Shown here: positions 24,861 through 37,592 of the stretch, piece after piece
Position numbering within the stretch: the stretch's first letter is position 1
Layout of the letters: each line of letters begins with the position of its first letter
DNA from: Lophium mytilinum
Lineage: Eukaryota
Direction: 5' to 3'
Length of the DNA: 64,000 bases
Assembly (NCBI GenBank): GCA_010093605.1
Contig: MU004186.1
Coordinates: 2,026,616 to 2,090,615, forward strand
Program-made: the position numbers and the translations under genes
Notes under the pieces: generated by a model
Databases searched by the model: none
Told to the model about the DNA's origin: nothing
The model's input: the letters and a program-made list of their open reading frames with translations, nothing else

Positions 24861-26247
24861 GTGTCGGGCGGTGGTGTCATTAGGTGAGTCTCTTAGGAAG
24901 ATGTGAGGACGCGCCTATAGCGTTGTAAAAGTCTGGGAGTTCATGCTGGAAAGCGGTGTGAAAATCGTATTTGACGGTACCTAACCGGTAAATTTCTAGT
25001 AGTCTTGGCACTTAGTGAGTGCAACCGCAAGCTGTTGAACAGATTGAAATCCCGAGTTGAATGAAGCAAGCCCAACTCGTGGTCGCTAGTCAGTCTTCTG
25101 ACCGGAGTTGCGCCTCCAGTGAGGTTGTATAATCTTTCTCATCCCGGCGGTCCAGCAACAGTGCTGGGATTGGGACAGTCTGCAGCTGAGTCTTCTTAAA
25201 GACAATTTTTCAGAAATTCTCTCGTTCGCCGATGGCAGTCTAGGACTACGGGTTCGAGATCGAATGTTTTCACTCTAAGAAACAATGACTACCCATAAAT
25301 CAAGAAACCCAGCGCAGTTGTTTCCTACCGTGGTCAACACCGAAAAATCCCCCCCCCCTACAGACCGAGAAACCCATTCCAGTTCTTTTTTTCGGGCTCT
25401 TTTGATGCTCATCATCCCAATTTGGGGGTCCCATTTTCGGGATGGATCTGGACCCGACTGATGTGACTCGATGACTGTGGTGGCTCTTATTGATGTGACT
25501 TAACTAGAGACACATGCCCCTATGGCCGGGAAAATCTTCACATGATATCGGGCAGCTTGTCCTTGACTGCTTAGCGATACTTTTACCTGAAGTGATGCAA
25601 AGGGCACGCAGAGGGGCACGGAGGGGACGTTGAAGGTGGAAGAAGTCACAAAATCGACGTTGATAGATTTCTCGGGGGTCAAATGCCGCCATTCCCAATT
25701 TAAACAAGCCTTCCTGCGCCACGATCCACGTTTGTGTCATACCGGTCAGCATCCTTGTTGCACGTTCTTTTGCACCTATTTTCTGGCTTTCAGCATGACC
25801 CTACGCCTAGAGCTCTCTTGTACATGAACAGTATATGGACTAAAACTCGGGCGAATGTTGATGCAGGGAATCCCGATTTCTATGTAGGGGCCTTCACCCT
25901 AATCATTCAAATATTCCACCCGAATATCTCACCTCGGTCCAGAAGCATTCCAAAGAGTAAAGCAAGTAACAGAATACGGATCCCTGCATCATTTCAGGTG
26001 CAGGGTCTCCTACTTATTCACAACGTTTCGAAATGGTGTAACGGTCATACCCCCTGGTCCCGAAATAACGCTATATGGAGCTTTGGCGGTATTAGGTAGG
26101 TCTGACTCTTTACCAAGGCTCCAAGCACCAATCGAGACTCGTTCGAGGGTGCCTACATATCGTGCCACTCTGCAGCCCTTCTCTTCCAGAATCCTCCGAC
26201 TCCGCTCCATTAGAATAACAGCTTTTCATGGCACGAAAACGGCCACA

Positions 26248-27964
26248 ATGGCGAACAACTTCTCTGAATGGCCGCTTGAGCTGTTTCGCACGATGCTCGA
26301 TTACATTGTCACTGCGCAATGCCAGGCGGACTCGGCTTACCGAATTAATGAAACATTAAATGTGCGGGCGAATGTGCGGAAGGTTGCGAGGTTAAGATTA
26401 GTTTGCAGTACGTTTTTGCTATTGCGAATCAAGACCCTCATAATTCTCCCCTTAAATTTATTTTCTACTACATTATTTTCCAAACGTCTCTTCGTTTCCT
26501 TAGACCACTATAGAATCTCAATATCTCAGCCGTCCTTTCTTCTCAGCGCACAGGAGCACGCTTGATGTATTTTCGCAATTCCGTAAAGACGTGTCAGCCA
26601 GCGCCGTACTGACCCACCCAGGAGTTTTTGACTCTGAAGTTACCCGTGCCCTGGCCTACCAACTCACGGAAGCTCATGCCTCTTCGGAATACGACTGGCG
26701 TCGGAACCCGCATCTCGTTGCTGAGCTCTGCTATCAGCAGGTCTCGCGCGGTCCCCGCAACAGGAACGTCATCACATACAGCATCAACAACATGCTCGAC
26801 CTCCTTTCCGCACGCGCCGCCCAATCAAGCATATCCCTCGCCTCGCGCGAGGACTACAGCGAAGTTCTGTATGCTCTATTCGAAGGTCTGGTCAACCTTT
26901 GCGGCGCATCGTATGTGCTCTGCAGAACAGCTACTAGACCGCCATTGGAGTCATATGAGGAACAAAGACACGAGGACCTTTTCGCGGCAGTGGCTTGCAT
27001 GGGAGATGAGAAACTCACGCGTATCCTACTTGGCGAGGGAGCGGACCCAAACGCAGTGAGTCTTCGTCTAGGCTATCCATCGTTTGCGGCGGCGAGGGCG
27101 GAAAAGAAACAGATGATGCAGTATCTGTTGAGTGAGGGTGTGCATGATCCCGACAACTACTGGAAGATGACGCCGCTAGAAGTTGCAGCTCTTGGTGGCC
27201 TCGAGGGTATGTTGCCCTCATTCACAACGGCCCGAGATGAACTCTGCGTACCGAGTGCTACCGACTGGGGCATGAAGGGCTGGCGACGGCTCGTACTGTA
27301 CGCGGTTGAGGGGGGAAATGCTAGAATCGTGGAGGAACTGTTCACCATTGCGGCGAGCTTGAGTGGTGGTAACGGATTCTACCAGGAACAGGAACTCCCC
27401 TTTACAGGATGGTGGTTGGAGAGCGATAAAAACGAGGAGTCGTTCAATCTTGAAACTCTGAAGAAGATTGCCTTTCTGGAGGCTGCGAGATGGGGAAGGG
27501 TGGACATTTTGAAGTGTCTCCTCGTTCTGGGCGTAGACATTGACGCGAAAGACGAGAAGTCTCGGACAGCGCTGTTACTTGCGACGGCGCCTGGATTCTA
27601 CGATTGTGTGAAGTTGCTGCTGGAGAATGGAGCGACTGTTAGAAAGTGTAACATGAGTTACAGCGCCGGTGTACTGGGGCTGGCAGTTGAGAAGCATCAC
27701 ATACGCATCGTACGGCTCTTGCTGGAATATGGGGCGCTGGACCCGGAGTGCAGGCTACCGGAGATCTTGAGGACAGATCTGAAAATGACTTTGCGAGGGA
27801 ATTCCTGCAAACACGGTCCGTTGATCATATGGTTGTCGAGGAAAGGAATATGGATGCACTGGCAAGAGGTTATGCGAATGGCCAGCGAAGTGTATGGACT
27901 GGATCCGGACTGCAAGTGTTTGAGGAGACATGACGAGACTGGTGTGCTGATAAGGGTCGACTGA
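26248..27964 (+). CDS. Ankyrin-repeat protein with F-box-like N-terminus (2 exons)
   Basis: Exon 1 MANNFSEWPLELFRTMLDYIV...RLRLVC, intron 26408-26621, then RVFDSEV. Ankyrin repeats such as TPLEVAALGG, EAARWGRVDILKCLLVLGVDIDAKD and RTALLLATAPGFYDCVKLLLENGA. Confidence 0.85.
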
Positions 27965-28481
27965 TATCATGGACCAAGGACGTTCTCGCAAAGTTGTATA
28001 CCTTGTAATTAGGCGCTTCTACATCGCTAAAGCACTACTGAAGCAGTATGAAGATATGACAATACATAGGAACACTTAGCGTATCATAAGTCTACCTCTG
28101 CCGTTTGATCAAGAGGTTTACTAATTTGCAAATCTATAATCTGCTAAAACGCCTTAAGCAGTGTCAAGCACTTGCGACAGGAGTCTAGGCTTTATCGAGC
28201 ATCCCTTTGAAAGCTAATTGTAGTCAGAAGCTGCTACGACGTATATCGGCAGTTAACCGTATGGGAAACAGATGCAAAAAGGCATATAATGAGTGGATGT
28301 TGATGATGTGAGATAAAGTTTGCGAGGTGAGGTTCGATTTAGGCGCGCCAAGCAGTTCGAAGTCGGTAGAGGCGGCCAGTGCTTCACCCACACTTTCCTC
28401 AAACAACCTTCACCAACACTCCCCACCCTCTCAAACTCCTTCTCTTAATGCGACGACTTCGCACCACCCGTGGCCAGAATC

Positions 28482-29489
28482 ATGGAGGCCACTGGGGGTG
28501 ACCCCACCAGCGACGAGTACAGCACCTCGAAACCCACCAAATTTCGTTTCAAGACGAAGCGAGCACGATCGGATAAAGATCACGACACCGAGCACCGAGG
28601 CAGCGAGAAGAGACATCGATCAGCGAAGGACGACGAGCGCTCTTGCCGCCAGCGCCGGCATCACCACCGCAGCAGCAAGCAGCGCAATGAACAGCATTCA
28701 GGCCCGAAAGACGACCCAACCGAGTTCGACGACAGCTATGATGCAACCGCACGATCAGCGCAATACCTAGACCCAGATTCAGCATTCCGGGAGTCTCTCT
28801 TCGACGCTCTCGCTGACGATGAAGGCGCGGCCTACTGGGAAGGCGTCTATGGTCAGCCAATGCACATATACTCAAACACGAAAGAGGGGCCCAAGGGCGA
28901 GCTGGAGCAGATGACGGAAGAGGAATATGCTGCACATGTCAGGGCTAGGATGTATGAGAAGAGTCACGAGCATGTCGAAGAGGAGCGTGCGAAATGGGAG
29001 CAGGAGAGGCGGCGAAGGAAGAAGGCAGAGAAGGCAAGGGAGCAGACGAGCCAGATGGAGGACGAAAGAGAAGACTTCCAGGCGAGGGTAGAAGCGAGTC
29101 TCAAGAGAGGAGAGGCTAGAAAGAAAGTAAAGGAGACAAAAGAGTCGTGGACAGCGTACAGCAAGCGATGGGAGGAGCTAAAGACCAACGCGGAGCAAGA
29201 GAAGAATGAGAAGGTCGCGATTCGAAGCATCATTCCCTGGCCAGTCCGGTCAGGCCAGTGGAGGGATGTAGAAAAGGACGCTATCGAGCAGTTTCTCCTG
29301 AACGCGCCGGTTGCTGAGGATGGGCTTAGTGCTCTACTGAAGCTCGAACGGGTCAAATGGCATCCGGACAAGATTCAGCAGCGTTTTGGTGAGGGAGGCA
29401 TTGATACCGAGACCATGCAATTGGTCACTGCTGTCTTTCAGGTCGTGGATCGCATGTGGAACGAGCTTCGGAAGAAGAGCAATGGCTAA
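28482..29489 (+). CDS. Conserved fungal NFKBIL1-like protein (charged coiled coil, C-terminal WHPDK motif)
   Basis: Single exon with FRESLFDALADDEGAAYWEGVYGQP, IPWPV and LKLERVKWHPDKIQQRFG. The IPWP...RWHPDK arrangement recalls the NFKBIL1 C-terminus. Confidence 0.75.
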   Translation: MEATGGDPTSDEYSTSKPTKFRFKTKRARSDKDHDTEHRGSEKRHRSAKDDERSCRQRRHHHRSSKQRNEQHSGPKDDPTEFDDSYDATARSAQYLDPDSAFRESLFDALADDEGAAYWEGVYGQPMHIYSNTKEGPKGELEQMTEEEYAAHVRARMYEKSHEHVEEERAKWEQERRRRKKAEKAREQTSQMEDEREDFQARVEASLKRGEARKKVKETKESWTAYSKRWEELKTNAEQEKNEKVAIRSIIPWPVRSGQWRDVEKDAIEQFLLNAPVAEDGLSALLKLERVKWHPDKIQQRFGEGGIDTETMQLVTAVFQVVDRMWNELRKKSNG

Positions 29490-30025
29490 TGTCCAGTTTG
29501 ATTTCTCATTCTACTGGAAGACTTCAAACTGCGCATGCTGTTACCACACCGAACCACCCCGCGTCCATTCAACCTGCAAAGCCTCGAATGTTACAAGCAC
29601 GGCGTTAGATTCCGGCCCTGATTGCGGTGCTTGCTGGTTTAATTTAGTGGACTTGGTTCAGTATTCTGACAGCCCTCATAAAGCCAGTTCCCGTCCTAGG
29701 GTGCACCGTAGCCTACGTTACGGTCACCGAAACGTCGACTCCTGCGGCATGCTTGCCCCTACGAGCCACCCCGGGCCATACCTTTTCTCGATCGTAAACG
29801 GCACCACTTCGTGATTAGAAGGCTCCGCTGAGATATCAAATCCATACTCGGTGAATGGAACGCGACATTAGCAACCAACGAACTAAGCATCCATCAATGA
29901 CTACTACGCTCTTTTAGGTGACCTTCAGAGAATTTAAAGACACTAATTTAATCATATAATACCGAAACTGGCACTGAGAAACCATATCAAGTGTCCTCTC
30001 TACCTCTCCACTCGTGTCTCCCATT

Positions 30026-31245
30026 TCAGGCATTCTCCGGCACAATCGCAAAATAGCTCTTATCACGTATAACACCATTCTGAGAGTCTTCCTCCTTCTC
30101 GGTACGCGGCTCCAACTCTAGCTTCGGCGTTCCCAACCCCGTGCCCAACTTCCTGAGTGCCTCAAATGTCTGTTGTAGTCTCGTCGAGCCTGGCGAAATC
30201 GGAGTCTCCGACCTCGCCCTCAGATTTTGCAATATAGGGCTCCCATTCAGCACCCGCGACGGTACCTCATTCAGTGTCCGCGACGGCACCTTCTCCAGCG
30301 TCGGCGAAGACGAGTACTCCTTCGCAGGCGTAGCCGGCCGACTCTCAACCGGATCCGCAAATTCGAGCCGGACTTTTGACCCCCTGGCGGTCGCCCAGCT
30401 ACTGCTGCCGCTTGGGATGCGGCTCACCGATCGGGGGCTTAGCATCGAAGGCGTACCGCGGTGGCTCCGCCGGCTACTATTGCTCACAGTCCGCGAGAGG
30501 CCGTGCTTGGCGTCTAAGTCGGTGACTTCGACGTCGCCGAATTCCGCCTGGAGGCGCGCGAATCGCTCGTCGTAGTCGTCTTTGACGGTGTCGGCGCCCA
30601 AGGTCCAGTTAGCCGGGCAGAGCACGCCGTGGACGATGACGGCTTGGAAGGCTTCGACGAGGCGGAGGGCTTCGAGGACACTGCGGCCGACGGCGAGGTT
30701 GTTCATGGTGATCTGCGAAGGTTAGATTTAAGACGGAGGTGTGTGAGAGAGAGGGTGATGGGCATACCTGCTGCACGATGCCAATCGGGTCGATGATGAA
30801 CATCCCTCGCAGACAGAGCCCTTCGTTCTCGATCAAGCAGCCATAATCTTTGCTCATTTTGTGGCTTGGGTCCGCCAGCAGCGGCAAGTCTATCTTACCT
30901 AGTCCACCAAAGCGTGGTGGCAGGCTTTGCCAGTGCCAGAGGCTGTGTTTGGTGTCGACAGACACGAAGGCCACCGCGCAGTTACGGTCGGTGAACTCAT
31001 CGAGGGTGTTCTGGAACGCGAGAACTTCCGTCGGGCATACGAAGGAGAAGGCTGCTGGGATGAACATGAGGAGTAGCCATTGGCGATTGTTTATATAGTG
31101 GGAGAGGGAGATCTCTGGATGCTAGTTAGTAGTGGCCAAAGGCTGGACATGGGCAGCTACTACCTTTAAACTGACCCGCAAGTACAGCGTCGCATACAAA
31201 ATCAGGAGCGTGTTCGCCGATACGCACTTTTGCAAGTGATCCCAT
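30026..31245 (-). CDS. AhpC/TSA (Prx1-type) 2-Cys peroxiredoxin-like protein with long Ser/Pro-rich C-terminal extension (3 exons)
   Basis: Starts [16 protein letters not shown]. Peroxidatic [12 protein letters not shown], catalytic Arg in [23 protein letters not shown], resolving VLCPANW. Introns ~31115-31163 and ~30713-30767. Confidence 0.9.
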
Positions 31246-32681
31246 ATTTTTTGCGTGTCAAGGTAGTGCGACTGTCTCAATGTGTGCCCGACCAAAGACT
31301 TGGGAAAGGAGAACCTTCCTATTTATCCTCTCATGCCTCTGAAGTAGTTCGATTCATCTTCCTCCAACGTGTCTCACGCATTTAACAAGCACACGATAGA
31401 AAACGGCACACTTATCGTAAGTTCTGGCATACTTCAAGTCATGCGGTTGGGATGTGAGACATTGAGACAACGCTTTCGTTAAGTTAACAATCCCAATGCT
31501 TTGTCTACGAACTATCACGGTGAACACCGTACAACCGTTGATAACAAGACCGTGTTCGTCAGAGCGTTTATCGACTTTTTATGCGAGGGTTCCAGTCCAT
31601 GACCGGGAAGTTTATCTTCCGAAACGTGGGTTGAGTGGTGATGTGACACCAATACCCAGTAACGTTTTGAGGATGTGATATCATTCTCCTCTCATCTACA
31701 ACCATTCGATGTCTCGTAAAGAAAACTCATGACTACTAGTTAGAAAGTGTGTACATGCAAGGCGAACATCACCGCCGTGCTCAAGGCCCGACTCTCCCAC
31801 TGCGATATAAATTGTATGAGCATGTGGAACGAAACCAAAAGTCCGCATGCGCGAATGTATGATAGACTGGATACAATTGCGAAGGTTTAAAGGGGCCGCA
31901 TGTATTGCGTTACCTCGCTATCCTTTCGGGGCATCAAACATGCTCTGGAATGCGATCCGAGTGACGAGAGATACGTGATTTTCGCACAGCCCTTGAAATC
32001 CTTCGAATCCTACTAATGTCACTAGAACAACAACGACAAGGCTGATGTTGATCTAAAATGGGCGGAGAAATCACAAGCATCGAACCACGAAAAACCGCTG
32101 ACAAAAAACAATAAAGAAATAAGAATAAACTCAAGCTCCCTGCACGCCGACGAAGATCCGACGATCGCTGACCATCGCAAAAGATCGATCATCGCAAAAC
32201 CCACAATTACCTACATACAAGACGGATCTGGCACTCTTGAACAACTGTCACAACTCGAGAAGGTATGTACGGTAATGCAAAGTTAGAAGGATGCACCCCG
32301 ACTCGCGGCGCCTTTGAAATTTCTCGCCCTGCCCCTTTCCACGATCTATTTTCAGCCAACGGCCGCAGCATCCCGCCTTTAGCGGATCCTTAAGACACGC
32401 CGCCGATGTAACACCACTTCGACATTCGACAGAACGGAAATAACGGCAACACTCCTTCATCCTTCAAGCAACTGTACTATGTATAAAGCGTTCTCTTCGC
32501 CCTGCTGCCTGTTTGACTAGTTTCTCACGCTCATTTTCTGCCTAACCGTCCATCTCTCCTTCCTCCAACCACAACATCAATCAGCAGAACACTGCAGACA
32601 CTCATTAGCCCCGAAACCTTACAACCTACTACGCCCACAATCCTTCAAATCCCATATTCGCTCCAACCCCAACCCACCAAA

Positions 32682-33293
32682 ATGCTCTCCAAATCCCTCC
32701 TCCCCCTCCTCGCCCTCCTCAGCACCACCGCCCTCGCCAAAACCGACCTCAGCGGCTGCACAACCTCCAACACCGTCTCCTTCGGCGGCGCCTACGTCCT
32801 CTGGTACGTCCCCGGCACCGGCGAGCTCTGCGCGCCTCTCGACTGCGGCGGCGGGCAGGCGCCCCCGAAAACCACGGTCCCCGGCTGCGCAGCCTACGTC
32901 GGGACGGCCAGCTACGTTCCCAGCTACCTCCCCGGCTACGGCCCGGGAAGCGCGCCGGCGACTGTGAGCGCGTCGTCGGCGGTGGAGACGGCGGCGGGGA
33001 GCACGAGTGCGGCGGAGGCGAGCGTGCCGACGGGGTTGGTGATTTACACGGTTACGCCGCCGGCGAGCTTGTTGGATGAGACGACGACGACGGGGGGGAG
33101 TTCGGCGGCGGTGATCACGTCGGCGGCGAGTTTGTCGGTTAGGCCGACGGTGTCGAGTGGAGGGAATAATCTTACGGCGACGGCGACGGGGCCGTCGTCG
33201 ACGAGCGTGTTTACGGGGGCGGCGACGGCGGTGGCGGTGAGGGAGGTGGTTGGGCTTGCGGTTGGGGTAGTCGCTGGGTTGGCGATGTTGTAG
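32682..33293 (+). CDS. Secreted, probably GPI-anchored Ser/Thr-rich cell-wall protein with a 4-Cys N-terminal domain
   Basis: Signal peptide, then KTDLSGC...WYVPGTGELCAPLDCGGGQAPPKTTVPGC, a Ser/Thr stalk, and FTGAA plus a hydrophobic C-terminus. Confidence 0.88.
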   Translation: MLSKSLLPLLALLSTTALAKTDLSGCTTSNTVSFGGAYVLWYVPGTGELCAPLDCGGGQAPPKTTVPGCAAYVGTASYVPSYLPGYGPGSAPATVSASSAVETAAGSTSAAEASVPTGLVIYTVTPPASLLDETTTTGGSSAAVITSAASLSVRPTVSSGGNNLTATATGPSSTSVFTGAATAVAVREVVGLAVGVVAGLAML

Positions 33294-35014
33294 GGGGTTG
33301 TGGCATTGTTCTTGGTGGTTGAGAAGTACTGTATACGCGGAGCATATCACAGCATGGATCGGAGTTACTAGACTTTTGTTTCGCGGAAAGTAATTACAGA
33401 TCATCTGAATAGAGGAAGAGATGGAGCAAGACCATGGGAATCCTCATAGACCTGCATTGAATACCTACCTTGGAATTTTTGACGTCACGTGATGATATGC
33501 AATCTGCCGTAGAGTTGCGACTCTAGGGTTTTGTCTTTTAGGTCTCTGAGGAAGAACTGAAGAACCTGACGAGAGGAGAAGAATTGTCTAGAGAGCATTC
33601 GTCGATATACGTTGATCTCGACGTCATCTCCCTTGGAATGGAGCGTGGTACATCGGGAGCCGTGCATCAATACCTCCACTATTTCAAGGAAACAAGTCGA
33701 AGCTTTGATAACCCCTGGGGCATTGACAGCGGACTAGTCTAGCTGACAATGCTTATTGAAGCTTGTCCCAAGCGCTGAGTCTTGTAGTCGATGGAGGAAG
33801 ATATAAATTGCGATGGGCAAGCCTTAAAGTGATAGTTCGCAGCGCGGGGTGGAGCAAAGGACCGAGATGTCGGGCTCTCTCTTCAAAGGGCCCACTGTCC
33901 GTCGTGAATGACAGCTGCCGTTTGTGGGGCGCATCCGTTTCCCCAGACGTCAAAAAAGCTTGCAGGTTTATACGAGAGGGGAGACCTTGCATCCTTGCAT
34001 TCGCGCATTATAAAGAGTCAATGTTCTTTTCAATCTGTCGTCCAGAGAGTGGGAGGAACGAGTCACGTCCCGCGCGAGACGGCTGAGCCTTAGTTCCAGT
34101 GAAGCCGGCGGCGTTGGCTGCAGCGTGGGAGCTTGGGGAAATTGAGGTTGCGGTCCCACGATGCTGCATGGGTGAAGGCGGCTCGGGTAAAGAGCGCCAC
34201 GCCCTGCGTTGGCGGCGCGCTGCCGAATCGCATGCAGGCCACTAACTACGTACTGCAAGGTGGCGCCGGGATTTGAGAGGTGAATGCGGATGGCATGGGG
34301 AGCACCCGGCGGCGGTCTTGCATCGGGATCGGATGAGATACTTGGGGCCTCCTTCCCACTCGCTGGCCAGGAGATCACAGCTGTTTCGACGGCGATAGGG
34401 CTGGCTGGGAGCGGGCAGACATGGCAGTTCGATTGGCGATGCGGTGCGTGTTTGCTGCCCTCGATCTCGCGCTGCGATCTGCTTGGATGTGATGAAATTG
34501 CGGAGACACCAGTTTGGGCTTCGGGTGACAAGCCGGGGGAGCCCGCCGCGACTGGAGGCCGGTCTGTCCTCCACACTTGCTGGCCGATATAGCCAATGGC
34601 AGGGTCTATCACGCCAAAGCATCGTGTCGTGCCGTGTCTCGATTGGCCTTCTCTCCTGGGCCCCACGGCAAGCTTCCCAGGTTCGCTGGTTCGTGCCCAG
34701 GTCACAACCGTTGAGTCGTGTTTCCCGTCTCACCTTGAAACAAAAACCCCAGAACCGCCCGACTACACCGCATTCACAGCTCGCCCGTCCATTGCTACGA
34801 AAATCCATATCTCTGCTCTAGCACGTCGCCAGCATCTCTTCCAGGTTGAGCCTTTCCCGTCCGGCGTATTCATGCCGTAGCGAACAGCCGGCTCTGTTGT
34901 CCCGTTGCGTTGCTGCTTTTTTTGCTGGCGTTGCTGCTGTATAACCCACCAGAGTATACACCGTTACCTTTGCTAGAGCGTGCATCGCAGCGTATCATTC
35001 CCACCGCATACACC

Positions 35015-36896
35015 ATGAAGAGACCATTCTCCTTCAACCTGACCCCCATTGTGAGTTTCCTCCTGCCCTATCGAGTGGCGCGACGCTCTACAAAACCCAT
35101 CTGACTTTCCCCAGAAGGTGCCCCCAAAGGCGGAGATCAAGGTTGTCAAGAGCTCAAACTCCACAAACTCAATCGCCAGACCTCTGCCCAGACCAGACAG
35201 CTGCTCCCCTCCTCCCTCGCCCTTCATATGCCGCCGCGCCTTGTCCGGCAAGACCGAGGCTCAACTTCGCGCCGCCTGCGCCCTCATCCTCGAAAATTAC
35301 AAGCCTTCTGGACATGTCTTCGAGGATAACGCGAAGCCTAAGCTAGACTTTGACGCTCTGAACCGCTCTATGAGGGAGAAGAAGAGGGATGCTGAAGCCT
35401 TTTCCCGTGCCGTCGATAATCGCGCCCATCTAAGAAGCCTTCCCAAGCCCGAGACCGTTGTCAAAGATCTGTACCCTGGCTCGGGATCAGCACATGCTGG
35501 CACCAAGGCCAACAGCAGTCGTCGAAGAGAAGATCGCCACCCCCATGCCATGGACACCGAGCGAGCGGCCAGAAGAGCTGCAAAGTCTCAGCCATCCGCA
35601 GATCGCCCCAAGACCGCGCCCATGCGCAACACCGTGGATTCTGACGATTCGTCGGATCAGCAAGTGAAGACCCCGCTTACAAGTTCCACGGGATACTTCT
35701 ACAACAATGCCTCGACTGCACCTACGTCAGCGGCTTTTTCATCCTCACCCGGCTCAAAGAGGGACTCTCGGCTCGCCTATCCCAACGACAACGCTGTGGC
35801 GGATACTGACGCTGCTGCTGCCGAGTGGATGAAGCAGGAGCTCGAGAGGCGACGGCAAAATATGCTGTCTTTGGGAGAGCCCCCTGCTTTTAACAACGCG
35901 GTTCGACCCCCAAGTCGAAGCCGGAGTATCAAGGAAGAATTCCGCGAATACATACGACCACTAAGCAGATCTGCTTCCAAAGAATCGATGCGCAGTAACT
36001 CTCTAGTCGCCCAAGAACCTCAACGCAGCTCTGGACACGGTTGGCGCAGTTGGTCTCTGCATCGGAAGACCAGTTTGTCCAGCTTCAAGGATAGCAGACC
36101 AAACAGTTCAGGAGGACGGACCGAAACTTGCTCTGACGAGGCCCCCAAAGTGGAGCTCAATCTCAACAGAGAACTGCCCCCGCTTCCAAGTCTAGACAAA
36201 TGGGAGGACCATGCGGCCGAGTCAGCCAAGGACGAGCAGCATGCTCAAAGATCCAGCACCCACATCGCAAGTCTCATGCTCCCCAAAGTTCGCGGTCATC
36301 AACAACATGACCAGCCTGCTGCAGCCCCCCGCCATAAGCATCGACGAAGTGGCTCGGACTCGCTAGCGCAGACGTTCCCCAGGGATACTACGCTCTATTC
36401 ACCTGCTCAGAACGTCAAGATGCCGAGACCAAAATCTAGCTTACCCAAGAATCGACCGAACCAAAGCAGGTACGACTCGTCGATAACTTTCGACAGCACA
36501 ATGGAACCCACGGAGCCTAGCCGTCACACCACCGAAGAGGCTAGAGCGAGGACACATCGGCATAAGAAGACTGCAAGTAGCGTCTCTCAGATCACGCCCA
36601 GCATGAAAGTCAGTATTGATCAGTACCGCTATGAGCCACCAAACTTCAGCAGAAAGATCAGCATGGACGTTGTCGGCCGGGCCTACAACGAATTTCCCCC
36701 TCATAACGAGAAGGCGGTCTCCAAACCGTCGGGCCATGACAAGATGCAGAAGTTGCGGAAAGCTGTGAGCGGATGGATGCTCAATAAAAAGAAAGACAGG
36801 AAGGAAAATAGGACGGACATATCGGAACAAACTGCCGTCAAGGGCAATCTCACTGGTCGTAGTGAGGCTGCCCATGCGCCGGTTGTAAAATACTGA
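35015..36896 (+). CDS. Hypothetical disordered Ser/Arg-rich protein (2 exons)
   Basis: ATG 35015 MKRPFSFNLTPI, intron 35061-35114 (GTGAGT...CTGAC...CAG), then in frame with the 592-codon ORF. Contains LNRELPPLP. Confidence 0.8.
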
Positions 36897-37592
36897 GAAA
36901 GGTGGTTGGACGTGGGGTGGCAGAAGGCTGCTTATATGGTGTTGTAATGCCTGTTATGCGTTACGAGGTTCATGGCTTTGCATTCCTCCTGACTTGATCG
37001 GGAGTGTAGGTTGGTGATGTAATTAATAGCATAGAATGCTTCTTCTTTCTACTTTCACGAGCGTACTTTTAGAGACAACGGGTCGTGCGCTGGGCGCTTA
37101 ATTTTAATACCCTGTTCCTTTGTAATAACCAGAAAAAAACGTATCTTTCGGCTTTTCATGCTAGTATATTATCGTTATACCGAGTTTTGGGCCAAATGGT
37201 GGACAGTTGATTTCGGATAGAGGGCGTGCCAAGCCTCGTCAGTTGCTCTTTCCTACCTATTTCACCTTTTAGCACCGCGTTCCCCGGCTCGTCCATTATC
37301 ATCTCATCTAGTATCCCAACCTAAGATATTGCTATAGCCAGGTAGAGTGACGACTGCAGCAATTGTGACAGTCTACATAGGAACTGTAGGTACGTACATA
37401 TCGGACATTTGGGGCGCCTCTTAGTGATCATCGATTAGATAATTGACCAAAGGGCCTCACCTAGAGTTTCGCACCACTTACAGGCCTGCTCCAACTATAC
37501 CTGATCTCTAGAACGTTTTTTCTCAAAAAAGCAAATTAGCAAAAAGAATCTCTCCATCCTCGCGGGTCGAACTTCGGCTTGACGAGGGTCCC

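Noticed and set aside
25205..25270. tRNA fragment (GGTTCGA)
   Set aside because: No A box, T stem or cloverleaf.
32619..33404. Arg-rich antisense ORF (also 59472-60023, 53641-54327, and + strand ORFs inside TOM1)
   Set aside because: Shadow frames of GC-rich real genes on the opposite strand.
33750..34900. Cluster of overlapping ORFs up to 245 aa
   Set aside because: Mostly non-ATG starts and no motifs; most likely the GC-rich promoter or 5' UTR of the 35015 gene.
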